Origin: an uncultured archaeon
Lineage (GTDB): Archaea > Thermoproteota > Bathyarchaeia > Bathyarchaeales > Bathycorpusculaceae
DNA length: 64,000 nt
Reading direction: 5' to 3'
Assembly: GCA_963782915.1 (NCBI GenBank)
Contig: CAWALK010000014.1
Span: 1-64,000 of the forward strand
In this document: piece after piece, positions 33,959 to 46,085 of the stretch
How positions within the stretch are numbered: position 1 is the stretch's first letter
Layout: every line of letters begins with the position of its first letter
Notes under the pieces: generated by a model
Told to the model about the DNA's origin: nothing
Database searches by the model: none
The model's input: the letters and a program-made list of their open reading frames with translations, nothing else
Program-made: the position numbers and the translations under genes

Positions 33959-34745
33959 TTAGCTGAATTCTCCTGTTATATACTTCTCTGTTAAGTTCGT
34001 TTTTGGGTGATTCAAAGATGTCTTTGGTTTTGCCATACTCGATTAAGCTGCCCAAATACATGAAGGCGGTGTTTTCTGAAACTCTGGATGCCTGCTGCAT
34101 GTTATGAGTTACAATTATCACTGTGTAATCCCGCTTTAACTCTACGACTAGCCGCTCGATTTTTGCGGTGGCAATAGGATCCAAGCGCCGAGCAGGGTTC
34201 ATCCATCAAGATAACCTCGGGCTGCAAAGCGATAGCGCGGGCGATGCAGAGTCGCTGCTGTTGCCCGCCCGAGATGCTTGTTCCGGGTTTTTTGAGGTCA
34301 TCTTTAACTTCTTCCCAAAGCGAAGCTTTCTCCAGGCTGCGTTTGACGATTTCGTCAAGTTCTTGCCTTTTTTCGCTCCTGTTAATTTGAGTCCCGCTGC
34401 GACGTTGTCATAGATGGACATGGTTGGGAAAGGGTTTGGTTTCTGGAAAACCATGCCGACTCTTCGCCGTATCATAACGGGGTCAACATCTTTGCTGTAG
34501 ATGTCTTCGCCGTCCAGCAGGATTCGCCCTGTCATTTTGGCGTTTGGGACAAGTTCATGCATGCGGTTTAGGCATCGGATTAGGGTGGATTTGCCGCAGC
34601 CTGAGGGTCCGATGATTGCGGTTACAGCGTTGGCTTTGAAGCCTATGTTGATGTCTTTTAGGACCTGCTTGGCGCCAAACCAGCCGTTTAAGTTGATGGT
34701 TTGCATTTTATAGGTTAAATCTACTTTTTCTTGTGTGGTGGTCAT
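33959..34745 (-). CDS. pstB: Phosphate ABC transporter ATPase (frameshifted)
   Basis: [38 protein letters not shown]. Confidence 0.95.
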
Positions 34746-35574
34746 TTTTTGAATCTTCCTCTGCTTGCAACTCTAACTAGATGTTTAGTGCTAACACGAT
34801 TAAGATGAGAATCAACGCTGCACCCCAACCCTGGGCTTGGACGTTTGCGTATGGTTGGAGGGAATCTCGCCAGATTTCAAGAGGTAATGCAGCCATGGGT
34901 TCGGTTAAACCTTGGAAGAAGTACCGATTACCCAAGACCGTCATGATCAGGGGTGCGGTTTCGCCTGCGACTCGGGCTATGGCGAGCAGTGTGCCTGTGA
35001 CTAAGCCGCTTTTAGCTGAGGGCAATACAACGCTGAGTGTGGTTCGCCATTTGTGTGCTCCTAAGGCGAGGGAGGCTTCGCGGATGTTGTTGGGGACGAG
35101 TTTGAGTGATTCCTCTGTTGTTCGGGCAACGATGGGGATTAGGATGAATGCTAACGCGATGGCGCCTGCAATTGCACTGTAGCTTCCGATTAATGCGATG
35201 ACGATGACGCCGTATGCGGTTATGCCTATGATGATTGAGGGGAACCCTGTTAGGGCGTTGTTTATGCTGCGCAGGATGGATCCATAGTGGTGGTCGCCGT
35301 ATTCGGCCAAGTATATACCTGAGATTATGCCGACGGGGACACCGATGAGGCTGGTTAAGCCGATTAGGATAAGTGTGCCTTGTATGGCGGGTCCTATGCC
35401 GCCGGTTGAGATAGTTCCGGTGATAAAGCCGATGCTGAGTTGCGGTGCACCACGGGAGATAACTTCCCACAGGATGCTAAGCAATGGCACAACCGCTAAC
35501 ACTATACATATAGCGCATATGACAAAGAAGAGGCGGTTCTTGAATTTTCTGAAAGCGTAACTGTTTAGGTTCAC
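34742..35574 (-). CDS. pstA: Phosphate ABC transporter permease PstA
   Basis: [26 protein letters not shown]. Confidence 0.95.
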
Positions 35575-36546
35575 TCTATTGCGCCTCCCTTAACCTTGAG
35601 CACCCGCGTCACCATGAAGTGCGCGCCAAAGTTTATGGCTAAGCTCATGATTAGCAAGATTAAGCCGACGCCTATGTAGGCTGAGACTTCCAGTTTACCG
35701 GTGGCTTCTAAGAATCCGTTGGCTATGAGTGAAGCCATGGTTTGCCCGGGTTGGAAAAGCGAGGTTGGCATGGCTGTTGCGCCCGGAGCGTTGCCGATGA
35801 CCATTGCGACGGCCATGGTTTCGCCGACTGCTCTGCCTAACCCCAAGATTACTGCGCCAAAGATGCCTGAGCGACCATAACTTATTACCCAGTGGCGGAT
35901 GACTTCCCATTTTGTTGCTCCGATGCTATATGCGCCTTCTCGGATGCTGTTTGGCACTGCGCTTATGACTTCCCGTGAGATTGAGGCAACTGTTGGGATT
36001 ATCATGATGGCTAAGATGCATCCGGCGGTGAAGATGTCTAAGCCTCGTGGGTGTACCGCTAAAAATCGGAATCCAGCCCAGGTAGGTGTTAAGAGGTATT
36101 TCGATGTAGTCCCGTATGAAGAAGCGGAAGATGAATAGTCCCCAGAGGCCATAGATGACGCTTGGAACCGCAGCTAAGAGTTCAACGAGGTAGCTTATTG
36201 GTACCCGAAGGGTTCGCGGAGCCATTTCAACTAGGAAAACTGCTATACCTATACTCAAGGGTACCGCAATGGCGAGTGCTATTGCCTGATGTGACAAGGG
36301 TACCTAAAAGGTATGGTAGGGCACCGAAGACTTCTCTGCCTTCCACAGGGTTCCATGCGGTTCCCACAAAAAAGTTTGCGCCAAAAGTCTCAATGACTGG
36401 GGCTGACCCGGAGGTGAGGACATAACCTGTTATGATTAAGATGACTAATGCTGATGCTGCTATTACGGCGGCTAAGTTTTGGAAAACGAAGTCGCCGGTT
36501 ACTTTAATTTTTTTAGCAAGAAACTTTGGGTTAATTATTTTGGTCA
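35571..36546 (-). CDS. pstC: Phosphate ABC transporter permease PstC (frameshifted)
   Basis: [34 protein letters not shown]. Start approximate. Confidence 0.9.
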
Positions 36547-36558
36547 GGGCTATTCCAC

Positions 36559-37673
36559 CTAAGAAGTGGGTAAAGTTTGCCCGTTGAAGGTTATTGATGC
36601 AATCGTTGTTTCATCGAGTTGTACTACGTTGGTTGGTAGTGGTGCATATCCGAGTGCAGGTCCTAAGCTTTGTCCGTCGTGGACTACATACCAGAGGTAC
36701 TGTACTAGTGCTGTGGCTTGTTGTTCGTGTTAGATTTGGGATTACGTTGAGTTCTTTGTAGACGATGATGTAGGTGAAGCTAACGATTGGGTATGCGTTT
36801 GCGTCGGCTGTGTTTAGTAGGTTCACGTTTGTCCAGCTTGCACTGCCCGCTGGTAAATCGGTGGCTGCTTGGGCTGCTGCTGTTGTTGATGCGAGTGTTG
36901 GCAGGATATAGTTGCCTGATGGGTTTTGGACTGCTGCTACGGTCATGCCGTTTGTTACTGCATATGCAAGTTCAACGTAGCCGATTGCGTATTGTGTGCT
37001 GTTGACTGTTGATGCTACACCTGTGTTGCCGTTTTGGCCAAGTCCGCCTGTCCAAGATACTGATTTGCCTGAGCCGATTGTGGTGTTCCATGATGTGCTT
37101 ACTTTGCTTAGGTAGCTTGTGAAGATGAATGTGGTTCCTGAGCCGTCTGAGCGGTGGACTGTTGTGATGGCTTGGTTTGGAAGGGTGACGCCGGGGTTTA
37201 AGTTTTGAATTGCGGCATCGTTCCATTTTGTGATTGTTCCTTGGAAGATGTCTGCGATGACTTGTCCGCTTAGTTTTAGTCCGCTAGGATACGCCTGGTA
37301 GGTTGTATGCGATGGTTACTGCACCGATTGTTTCAGGAATGTGGAGGGTGTTTGGTGCGTTTGTGGTTTCAGAGGCGGTTAGGGGTGCATCTGAGCCTGT
37401 GAAATCAGTGTTTTTGCTCTTTAAATCCGAGATTCCGCCGCCGCTTCCGATTGCTTGATAGTTGATTTGGACGTTTGATTTTATTGTTTGGTATTGTGTT
37501 ATGGTGCTGTTTAGGAATGGATATGGGAATGTTGCGCCTGAACCGTTTAGTGTTACGGTGGCTTCGGTTGTGCCTGGTTGGGAGAGATAAGAGTATGCTG
37601 CTACTGCACTTATTGCTATGACTATTGCAAGGATTGCGCCTATAATGGTGTATTTAGTACTCATATTTTTCAC
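36559..37673 (-). CDS. pstS: Phosphate-binding protein PstS, copy 1 (frameshifted)
   Basis: GSGATFPYP, GSGGG, HRSDGSGTT, GYVE, YPIVSFTY. Confidence 0.93.
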
Positions 37674-37707
37674 TCTTGTTTTTGTTTACCATTACAAGCT
37701 CCATTTG

Positions 37708-37746
37708 TTATATAGTAAATCTCCATAAACTTTATAGTCTATATAG
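37708..37746. promoter_or_regulatory. Candidate phosphate-regulon operator/promoter element
   Basis: TTATATAGTAAATCTCCATAAACTTTATAGT is 25/31 identical to 40734-40764. Lies between divergent pstS and the regulator. Confidence 0.55.
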
Positions 37747-37760
37747 ATATAACTAATATA

Positions 37761-38850
37761 ATGATTGACCATAGAAAGAGTAACTTGGAGTCAAGCGTGA
37801 CAACAATAGCAACGGAAAAATTAAATGAAGAACAACGCAAACTACAGGTCACTGGCGGATCAACATTTATTCTATCGCTTCCAAAGGATTGGGCCATCAA
37901 AAATGAGCTTAAACGAGGCAGCTCTATGCTGGTCCGGGAAGAAGAAGACGGTTCACTATCAATCACACCTTCCAGTTTTCCTCAAAAAGAAAAACAAGAC
38001 GAAGCCTACATCAAAGTAACACAAAACGACAACCCCGACGCAGTAATGCGCACAGCAATCTCAGCCTACCTAAACGGCTACAACGTCTTACACGTAAAAG
38101 CGCAGGGACAAAAATTGCTCTCCTCCAAAACACGCAACCACCTCAAAAATTTTGCCCGAAACTACCTTGTCGGCACAGAAATAGTCATCGACACCCAAAC
38201 CGAATTAACCCTGCAAGTGTCTGCTTAACTATCCTGAACTTACCGTACAGAATGCGCTAAGCCGCATGTCAATCATTGCTTCATCTATGCATAAAGAAGC
38301 CATGGCTGCACTCAAAGAACTCGATTATGGCAGCGCCAAAGAAGTCATCGAAACTGACCGCGAAGTAAACCGTTTTGCACTCTACATTGTGCGGCTGTTA
38401 AAAATAGCTGTTTCTAACCAGAGAATCGTTAGAGACATCGGTATTGAATCGCAGAAGGAATGCTTAGGGTACAGGTTGATTGCAAAGTCTGTTGAGCGAA
38501 CTGCAGATCACTCAACAAAAATTGCTGAAAACACTCTGTTGTTAAAGGATCCTGTAAATGCGGAAGTCTTTGAGAAGTTATTTTCACTTAGCAATTTAGC
38601 AAACTCAATGTTCGAGAGTTCCATGGAAGCTCTTTTCAAACATGACTTTAACTTGGCAGAAAATGTCATTGAAAAGTTAAGTCAAGTTCAGCAGTTAGAC
38701 AAAGAGACGGTTCTCAGCTTACCCAACGCAAAGGTTGATGAGATGGTAAATTTGAGGTTGATTATTGAGAGTATTAGGCGGATTGCGGAGTATGCCAGTG
38801 ACATCTCTGAGGTTGTGCTCAACATGAACGTTGAGTCGGTTTTAAGTTAA
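37761..38850 (+). CDS. AbrB-PhoU phosphate uptake regulator (frameshift near 38222)
   Basis: RKLQVTGGSTFILSLPKDW AbrB motif. PhoU repeats ERTADH and RRIAEY. Confidence 0.92.
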
Positions 38851-39012
38851 ATCCAAAATTTTTTATTATTTTTTAAAATATTAAAAGCGATTGCTTCAAC
38901 TGCATTGAGTTTCTATTGGCTCATAAAATAGCCCTAATGGATGACAGAATTATGCGGTGCAATAAACACAGAAAGTTCTTTAAAAAAATAAAAAAGAAAA
39001 GTTTAGGGTTGT

Positions 39013-40287
39013 TTAGGTTGTGGGCAAACTTTGCCCGTTGAAGGTTATCGATTGTATTGTTGCTTCATCGATTTGCACTACGTTTGCTGGCAGTGATGCA
39101 TATGATAAGCCTGGTGCTAAGCTTTGGCCGCTGTGAACCATGTACCATAGGAACCGTACTAGTCCTGCTGCTTCTGCTTGTGTTATGTTGGGTATTGCGT
39201 TGAGTTCTTTGTAGACTATGATGTAGCTGAAGCTTACGATTGGGTAGGAGTCTGTGCCTGCTGCATTGAGGATGTTTACGCCTGTCCAACTTGCACTGCC
39301 TGCTGGTAAGCCTGCGGATGCAACTGATTGTGCAGCTGCAGTTGTTGAGGCTAATGTTGGCATTACCCATGTTCCCGCGGGGTTTTGGATTGCTGCTACT
39401 TTCATCGAGTTGGCTATTGTGTAGGCTAATTCAACGTAGCCAATGGTGTATGCGTTGCCTTCTACGATTCCGGCGACGCCTGAGTTGCCGCTAGAGGCTA
39501 ATCCTGCAACTGGCCATGACACTGATTTGCCTTGTGAAACGCTTGTACTCCATGTGGAGCTTACTGCACTGAGGTATCCTGTGAAGACAAAGGTTGTTCC
39601 TGAACTTTCAGAGCGGTGGACTGGAACTATGTCTTTGTCTGGTAGAGTTGTGGTTGGGTTGAGAGCTTGGATTGCTGCGTCGTTCCATTTTGTGATTGTT
39701 CCGAGGTATATTTTTGCGATGACTTCACCTGTTAAGTGTAGGCCTGTTGGGATTCCTGGTAGGTTGTATGCCATGGTTACTGCGCCGATGGTTTCTGGGA
39801 TATGTAGTGTGTTGGGTAGGTTTGCGGCTTCTGTGGCGCTTAAGGGTGCGTCTGAGCCTGCGAAGTCAACGGTTTTTTCTGTTAATGCTTTGATTCCGCC
39901 GCCGCTGCCTATGGATTGGTAGTTTACTTGTGCCCAGGTTCTGGTTGCTGTGTAGTCTGTGATCATTGCGCCGATGAGTGGGTATGGGAAGGTTGCTCCT
40001 GCTCCGTTGAGTGATGCTGGTTCGGGGGTTGGTGTTGGGCTAGGCGAGGCTGTTGGAGCCGCAGTTGGGGCTACTGTTGGCTTTGGTGTTGGGGTGTGGG
40101 TTGGGCTGGTTGTCGGTGAAGCCGTTGGGGTTGCTGTTGGGGTGACTGTTGGTGTAACAGTCGGGGTTGGTGTTGGGTTTGTGCCTGGTTGGCCTTGGGT
40201 TGGGCTTGATAAGTATATGTAACTGAACACTGCTACGACGATTATTACGATCGCGAGTGCGCCTATAATTTGGTATGATTTTTTCAT
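39013..40287 (-). CDS. pstS: Phosphate-binding protein PstS, copy 2, with Pro/Thr linker
   Basis: Intact 424 aa. TM, (TP)n linker, GAGATFPYP, HRSESSGTT, GYVEL. Confidence 0.95.
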   Translation of the reverse strand: MKKSYQIIGALAIVIIVVAVFSYIYLSSPTQGQPGTNPTPTPTVTPTVTPTATPTASPTTSPTHTPTPKPTVAPTAAPTASPSPTPTPEPASLNGAGATFPYPLIGAMITDYTATRTWAQVNYQSIGSGGGIKALTEKTVDFAGSDAPLSATEAANLPNTLHIPETIGAVTMAYNLPGIPTGLHLTGEVIAKIYLGTITKWNDAAIQALNPTTTLPDKDIVPVHRSESSGTTFVFTGYLSAVSSTWSTSVSQGKSVSWPVAGLASSGNSGVAGIVEGNAYTIGYVELAYTIANSMKVAAIQNPAGTWVMPTLASTTAAAQSVASAGLPAGSASWTGVNILNAAGTDSYPIVSFSYIIVYKELNAIPNITQAEAAGLVRFLWYMVHSGQSLAPGLSYASLPANVVQIDEATIQSITFNGQSLPTT

Positions 40288-40345
40288 TGTTTTTCGTTCT
40301 CCCTATAGCTTCCTTGTAGGGGAACGGCGTAAAATAATCGATGAG

Positions 40346-40396
40346 TATAGAATACAGATGCCACTATAGCTCAATATAGTGATGCATAGAATATAG
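40346..40396. promoter_or_regulatory. TATAG repeats and palindrome upstream of pstS2
   Basis: CACTATA-N6-TATAGTG palindrome. TATAG/CATAG at 40365, 40375 and 40385. Confidence 0.5.
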
Positions 40397-40509
40397 CGAA
40401 GTACTGTTTCAAAAGCAAATAATGACTAAAAATTTGATTTTAAAAATATGAAAATAAAAATTGCTGGTTCTTACGCTTCCGTTTTGGCACTACTGTGCCG
40501 TCTGCTGAT

Positions 40510-40686
40510 TTAGAATGATTCAAAGAAACAAATGACTTCTGGGCTTGGATAGACGCTAACGCTTGCGCTGTCTATTAGATGGGCTGTGCCGTCTGGGCAG
40601 TAGACTTTGTCGCCCTGGTTTGCTCTTTGGAAGCGTTTGTTGCATGATTTTAGGCTTGAGCAGCCATCACAATCTCGTGATAACAT
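40510..40686 (-). CDS. 58-aa Cys-rich microprotein
   Basis: MLSRDCDGCSSLKSCNKRFQRANQGDKVYCPDGTAHLIDS..SF*. GGAG upstream. Confidence 0.6.
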   Translation of the reverse strand: MLSRDCDGCSSLKSCNKRFQRANQGDKVYCPDGTAHLIDSASVSVYPSPEVICFFESF

Positions 40687-40733
40687 TTTTTTTCATCTCC
40701 ACTCTTTTCAAGAATACCATAGGCCTTAGTTGC

Positions 40734-40770
40734 CTATAGAGTTAATCTCAATAAAATATATAGTGATATA
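40734..40770. promoter_or_regulatory. Second copy of the pstS promoter element
   Basis: CTATAGAGTTAATCTCAATAAAATATATAGT, 25/31 identical to 37708-37738. Confidence 0.55.
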
Positions 40771-40864
40771 GAGAGCGTTCTGGCGGGAAATTCCTCGAAA
40801 GCCTTACAAGTACCGTTTCACTCAAGCTTAGATTGCACAGAGTTGCGCTTTTGGAGGCTCTTTT

Positions 40865-41026
40865 ATGTACTGTGAAATAATGGAATGCGAGGTCACGGTG
40901 GAATTGGGCAAATGCAATTTGAAGGTAGGTTCATTGCTTGGCCAAAGTTCTTGCCCCTACAAAAACAGCGTTGCCTGCCCACTCAAAATAACTGGCGAGT
41001 TACAGCCAATTAGCCAGCCCAGTTGA
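40865..41026 (+). CDS. 53-aa Cys-rich microprotein
   Basis: MYCEIMECEVTVELGKCNLKVGSLLGQSSCPYKNSVACPLK..PS*. GGAGG upstream. Confidence 0.6.
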   Translation: MYCEIMECEVTVELGKCNLKVGSLLGQSSCPYKNSVACPLKITGELQPISQPS

Positions 41027-41273
41027 GCTAAAATAATTAGTAGAGGTATTTTGCCCCATAATAGAGGTAACTAGGTTCCTGCCCGACCAAAAACAGCGTG
41101 GTTCGAATACATAAACAAGCCAAAATAAGACCAAATTAAGTCGTATTTTATCCAAATAACGCCCTACAATAGCCATCGATAATAGAAACCTAAAAACAGT
41201 GGGAATCCATAGGTAGACGAACTAAACCAAAAAATAAGTTTGCCATCGCTCTTGAAATTGGGTTTTTTAAAAT

Positions 41274-41777
41274 TAAAGTCTTTCTTCTTTTTCGATCTCT
41301 ATTAGCTTTCCTGAATCATCGCCTAGCTCTAAACACTTCATCGCAATTTGGTCTACGAAATAATCTAATATTGCAGTAAGGTCATTCGAAGTTATTTGAT
41401 TACATTCCGAATAGCCAGTTTCTCTCTCAATACGCCAATAAGCAGAGTCTTTAGCAAGTTTCAGGCCAAAACTATAGATGATTCAAAATGAAACGTATGC
41501 TTCTAAATATTTTGTGCACTTTTTCCCTTGCACAATACTAAGCTCAAGGCTTTTTAATTCCTTTTTTAAGCATTATATTCATTATGTTCATTTGCAATAA
41601 GATTTTAGCAGATTCGAGCCCGCCACCATGGTCATCTATGCCAATATAATGACCCTGATAATTCGCTTCAATTATGCTGTTCCAATCCCTACTTTTGGGC
41701 ATTTGATAAGTACGTCTAAATGTGGAAGTTATCGTTTCTCCATCAACTTCTAGTTCACCAGTTATCGCTTTGCTCAT
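41274..41777 (-). pseudogene. Low-GC hypothetical gene, interrupted
   Basis: ORF 41544..41777 plus a downstream open frame ending IEKEERL*. Confidence 0.45.
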
Positions 41778-41954
41778 TTATTTCACAGGAGTTCTTCTTC
41801 TTTTGCATATTAACTTTTCCTCCAACAACAACCAAAAAACAGTTTAACCCCAACCCAAAACCCAAATGCTCAGACACAGCCACCTTACCATAGTTACTGG
41901 TAAACACTTAATAACTCCGTGCAATTCTTCAACTACCAAAGGAGAAAAAAACAA

Positions 41955-43211
41955 TTGTTTCTCAACGACATCCTCCAAGTCATATATGCACCAAAAAAAG
42001 CATTCAAAAACATAATCACTAACCCAAAATATCTAGGCATAATCGTAATCCTAGTCTTATTCATGGGTCTACAATTAGGCTATGAAGCCTCCCAATTCAG
42101 TAAAGTCCACATTGAAACCACCTCGCCAGTAGCTGGTGTAATGCAGGACTATAACAACGCCACAAACTGGCAAAGCGGCCCAAACGTATCGTTAACAAAT
42201 AACTTTAATGATTACTTTAACAACACGGTGTACTTGGCTGATTATGCTCAATACTACTCATTATTTGGCAATAACAGTATGCAGATACAAGCTAACAACA
42301 CAAACACCATCCTAGTAGCCCTGACAAACACATCGAACGTTGACTGCACAGCAAGCGGCTTCCAAAACCTCTCCATAACCATGAAATTAGTACAGCCACA
42401 GTCAGCACCCTCCAATGCAACTTTAACCCTCTACTCATTAGGAGACGCTAACTACTACACCTATGACTTAACAGGCACATTATCCAGTGCAGATGCAATC
42501 AACCAATGGGGCAACCTAACCGTTCCATTGGGTCCAAACGCAACAGGTTGGACAGCATCAGGTAACCCAACATGGCAAAACATCACATCACTAACACTCC
42601 AACTAACCTACCCTAACAGCCAAGACATAACCGTCCGAGTCGGCGCATTATTCTTCCGAGGCGAATTCGTACAGCCACTCATCGCAAACGCAAGCGGATT
42701 CCTCTACACATTCCTGTTGCAATTCTCACTGCAATTCCTCGCTTCATGGCTTATCCTAACAGGCATGATGTATGTGATGTTCAGAGCACTAAAAGGAACC
42801 GTGCCATGGAAACCAATCTTCATCGCAGCAGGCTTCGCCATGACCGTTATGGTTATCCGTGCACTAGTAAACGTCATTGCAACATTGACTCTGCCAGCAC
42901 TCTACTATCCATACGACGCAGCATTAGGCGTAGTTTATGACACATTCGGATCACTCAACTATCCAGCAGCATTAACTCTGCCAGTCGCGCAATCAGCAGC
43001 CGCCATAAGCAGCATCAGCGCCTCGATGGAAGCTTTCAAGGCAATCCTAACGGGCATGTTCATAGTATCCTACATTTGGCTAGCAGGCTTAGCTGCTTTG
43101 ATAGTCAAGGAACTACAACCAACATACACAACCATGAAGTGCCTGCTAATCGCCGCTGTAAGCGTCGGTGTCACCCTTCTGGTGCTGTTCCTCTTCATCG
43201 GCTTTGTTTAG
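41955..43211 (+). CDS. Yip1-like membrane protein with inserted extracellular beta-rich domain
   Basis: IYAPKKAFKNI Yip1-type start, N-glycosylation-rich insert, several C-terminal TM helices. Confidence 0.7.
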   Translation: MFLNDILQVIYAPKKAFKNIITNPKYLGIIVILVLFMGLQLGYEASQFSKVHIETTSPVAGVMQDYNNATNWQSGPNVSLTNNFNDYFNNTVYLADYAQYYSLFGNNSMQIQANNTNTILVALTNTSNVDCTASGFQNLSITMKLVQPQSAPSNATLTLYSLGDANYYTYDLTGTLSSADAINQWGNLTVPLGPNATGWTASGNPTWQNITSLTLQLTYPNSQDITVRVGALFFRGEFVQPLIANASGFLYTFLLQFSLQFLASWLILTGMMYVMFRALKGTVPWKPIFIAAGFAMTVMVIRALVNVIATLTLPALYYPYDAALGVVYDTFGSLNYPAALTLPVAQSAAAISSISASMEAFKAILTGMFIVSYIWLAGLAALIVKELQPTYTTMKCLLIAAVSVGVTLLVLFLFIGFV

Positions 43212-43323
43212 CCGATCCCACACTATTTCTTTTTTACTTTTTTTGTCTTTTACTGTTTAGTTAGCAAGATTTATATCGTTGAAAGAGGAAAAGCGTTAAG
43301 CGAACAGTTCGAAGTGAAGTAAA

Positions 43324-43617
43324 TTGACTGATATTAAAGACCTCAATGATGGAATGAAGCGGGTTAGTGTTGAAGCTAAAGTCGTCGAGAAAGGCGATGC
43401 CCGTGAAGTCAAATCTAAATTCAAAGATGAAACTTATCGTATAGTTGATGCTGTTATTGCTGATGAGACCGGCAGCATAAAATTGACCCTTTGGAATGAG
43501 CAGGCTGATCAGGTTAACGTGGGCGACAACATTAAAATCGAGAATGGTTATGTCACCAGTTTCAAGGGCGAAATTCAGCTTAACGTCGGCAAATTCGGCA
43601 AAATGACCGTTAACTAA
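43324..43617 (+). CDS. Single OB-fold ssDNA-binding protein (SSB/RPA-like)
   Basis: IADETGSIKLTLWNEQ, IENGYV..FKGEIQLNVGKFG. Confidence 0.9.
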   Translation: MTDIKDLNDGMKRVSVEAKVVEKGDAREVKSKFKDETYRIVDAVIADETGSIKLTLWNEQADQVNVGDNIKIENGYVTSFKGEIQLNVGKFGKMTVN

Positions 43618-43672
43618 GCCTTTTTGGCTAATACTAAATTTTTATTTCTTTCTTCTGTCTTTTAGCCTTAGT

Positions 43673-43957
43673 TTATTTTAATTTGTTTGTTGTCCATGCG
43701 CAACGACCCTTCCGTCCCTTATCCAAATCAAAAGTGCTGTTCTGCTTGCGGAATCTCCACAACCAACCTACAACGTGCCCAACAATCCTGATCCAAAACA
43801 CAAACTTCTGCACAAGCCGCTGGTTGTTGTTGAAATAAGAGGGGTCCACGGCAACAAGCAATAATGAAAAACTAATTGCCAATAATTCCTGAACTGCTCT
43901 TTTACCAAAGCGGGTCTTGCACGCCAACAAAGCCTACATCCAATTTCTGCTGTCCAT
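43673..43957 (-). CDS. Small membrane protein (possibly frameshifted)
   Basis: 85-aa ORF with hydrophobic segments. Confidence 0.3.
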
Positions 43958-44046
43958 CAGAAACGCCTGAATTTGCGTTGTTTGGTGCAAAAACTTTTTA
44001 ATCCAAATACTTCGGTCAATTTGTTGTTTATCGGAAGTAGATTAGA

Positions 44047-46004
44047 GTGCAATTCGAACTTGTAGCGCCATACAAAATCTCGCCTGGACAGGAAGCCGCA
44101 GTTGAGCAGCTAACCAAAAATTTCGAGGCGAAAGAGAAGCAGACGCTGTTGGGTATTACTGGCAGCGGCAAAACGTTTGTCATGGCAAACGTGATCAACA
44201 AGCTTCAGAAGCCCACGTTGATTCTGGCTCATAACAAAACCTTGGCGGCACAGCTTTATGGCGAGTTAAAGGAATTGTTTCCGCATAATCGAGTTGAATT
44301 CTTCATAAGCTTTTACGATTATTACCAACCCGAATCCTATTTGCCCGCACAGGACATGTACATCGAAAAGGACTCCTCAGTTAACGATGAAATAGAAAAA
44401 ATGCGAATGCACGCCGTCTCAAGCATCGTTAGCCGCACCGACACAATCATTGTTGCTTCTATCAGTTGCATCTACAGCTTAGGCAACCCCGACGACTTCC
44501 GCACCATGGCAATGAAACTCCAAGTCGGCGAACAAATGAACCGCCAAAAACTCATCGCCTCATTGGTGGATATGCAGTATGAACGCAACGACATGGTACT
44601 GGAACCTGGCAGGTTCCGAGTAAGAGGCGACACAGTCGACATAGTGCCCTCCTACGAAAACGACATCTTAAGAATCGAACTCACAGGCAACACTATAAGC
44701 AAAATAAAAGAAGTCCACACCATAACGGGCAACGTCAAAAACAGCCTCGACACACTCACCCTCTACCCGGCACGCCAATACGTTGTCCCCGAAGAGAAAC
44801 ACGCCCTCGCCCTCGAACACATCCAACAGGAACTCGAGGCACAATTGCCCAATCTTCCACCGCTTGAAGCACAGCGGCTAAAACAACGCACAAACTACGA
44901 CTTAGAAATGATCCGGGAAGTCGGTTTCTGTGCGGGCATGGAGAACTACAGCCGCCACTTCGACGGACGCAAACCCGGCATGCCACCTTTCACGTTGATA
45001 GATTATTTCCCCAAAGATTACTTACTCATTATCGACGAAAGCCACCAAACAATCCCCCAATCCCGTGGCATGTACAACGGCGACTACGCACGCAAAAAGA
45101 ACCTCGTTGATTTCGGTTTCCGCTTCCAAGCGCATTGGATAATCGTCCATTGCAGTTTGATGAGTTCGAGGGCAAAATGGGCAGAGTCCTCTTTGTCTCA
45201 GCAACCCCTGCTGAATATGAACTGGCAAAGAGCGGTCCACCAGTCGAATTAATCACAAGACCAACAGGGCTTTTGGACCCTGAGGTGGAGATGCATCCGA
45301 TTGAGGGGCAGATGCAGCATTTGATGGCTGAGGCTAAGAAGACGATTGAACGGGGCGACCGCGTGCTAGTAACGACTTTGACGAAGCGTATGGCTGAAGA
45401 CTTAGCCGATTACCTCGTCAAAGAAGGCTTCCGAGTACGCTACATGCACAGCGAAATCGAAAGCTTAGACCGCATAGAACTCATACGGCAACTCCGAGTG
45501 GGCGATTACGACATCCTAGTGGGCATTAACCTGCTCAGGGAAGGCTTAGACATCCCCGAAGTCGCCTCCATATTCATCTTAGACGCAGACAAAGAAGGCT
45601 TCCTACGAGACGAACGCAGCCTCATCCAAACCATCGGACGAGCAGCACGCAACGTCAACGGCAAAGTCTACCTATACGCCGACGTGCAAACCAAATCAAT
45701 CCAACGCGCCATGGAAATCACCTATTACCGCCGAAACCTCCAGAAACGCTTCAACGAGAAATATGGCATCACACCAACAACCATCATCAAGTCAGTCTCA
45801 ACCAAAGAGAGCACTATCAAGGGCACAAAGCACTTAGCGAAATCCGATATTCAACGCCAAATGATCGAGTTAGACGCAAAAATGAGGGAAGCCGCCGAAA
45901 AACTGGAGTTCGAAAAAGCCATCCAACTGCGTGATGCGATTGCTGAGCTGCAGAAGTCATTGGCTCATAAGCTGGAAAATGAAGCGGTTAAACCCGAAAT
46001 TTAG
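44047..46004 (+). CDS. uvrB: Excinuclease ABC subunit B (frameshift near 45125)
   Basis: GITGSGKT, HNKTLAAQLY, YDYYQPE, DESH, INLLREGLD, QTIGRAARN. Confidence 0.96.
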
Positions 46005-46085
46005 GGGTTTGATGCAATAAGGTTCTAATCTCGGAGCTTAGGAGAAGCTAGAATCTGCCGAAAAACGGAGAGGGGAAACAAGAGT

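Noticed and set aside
36559-40020. Long direct repeat between 36.6-37.5 kb and 39.0-40.0 kb
   Set aside because: Explained by two pstS paralogs.
40020-40200. Tandem GTTGG-type repeats as CRISPR or microsatellite
   Set aside because: They encode the Pro/Thr linker of PstS2.
238-45252. Pervasive frameshifts as programmed recoding or mass pseudogenisation
   Set aside because: Indels hit essential and unrelated genes alike, in-frame nonsense codons are rare and no common slippery motif is evident. Long-read consensus error is the simplest explanation.
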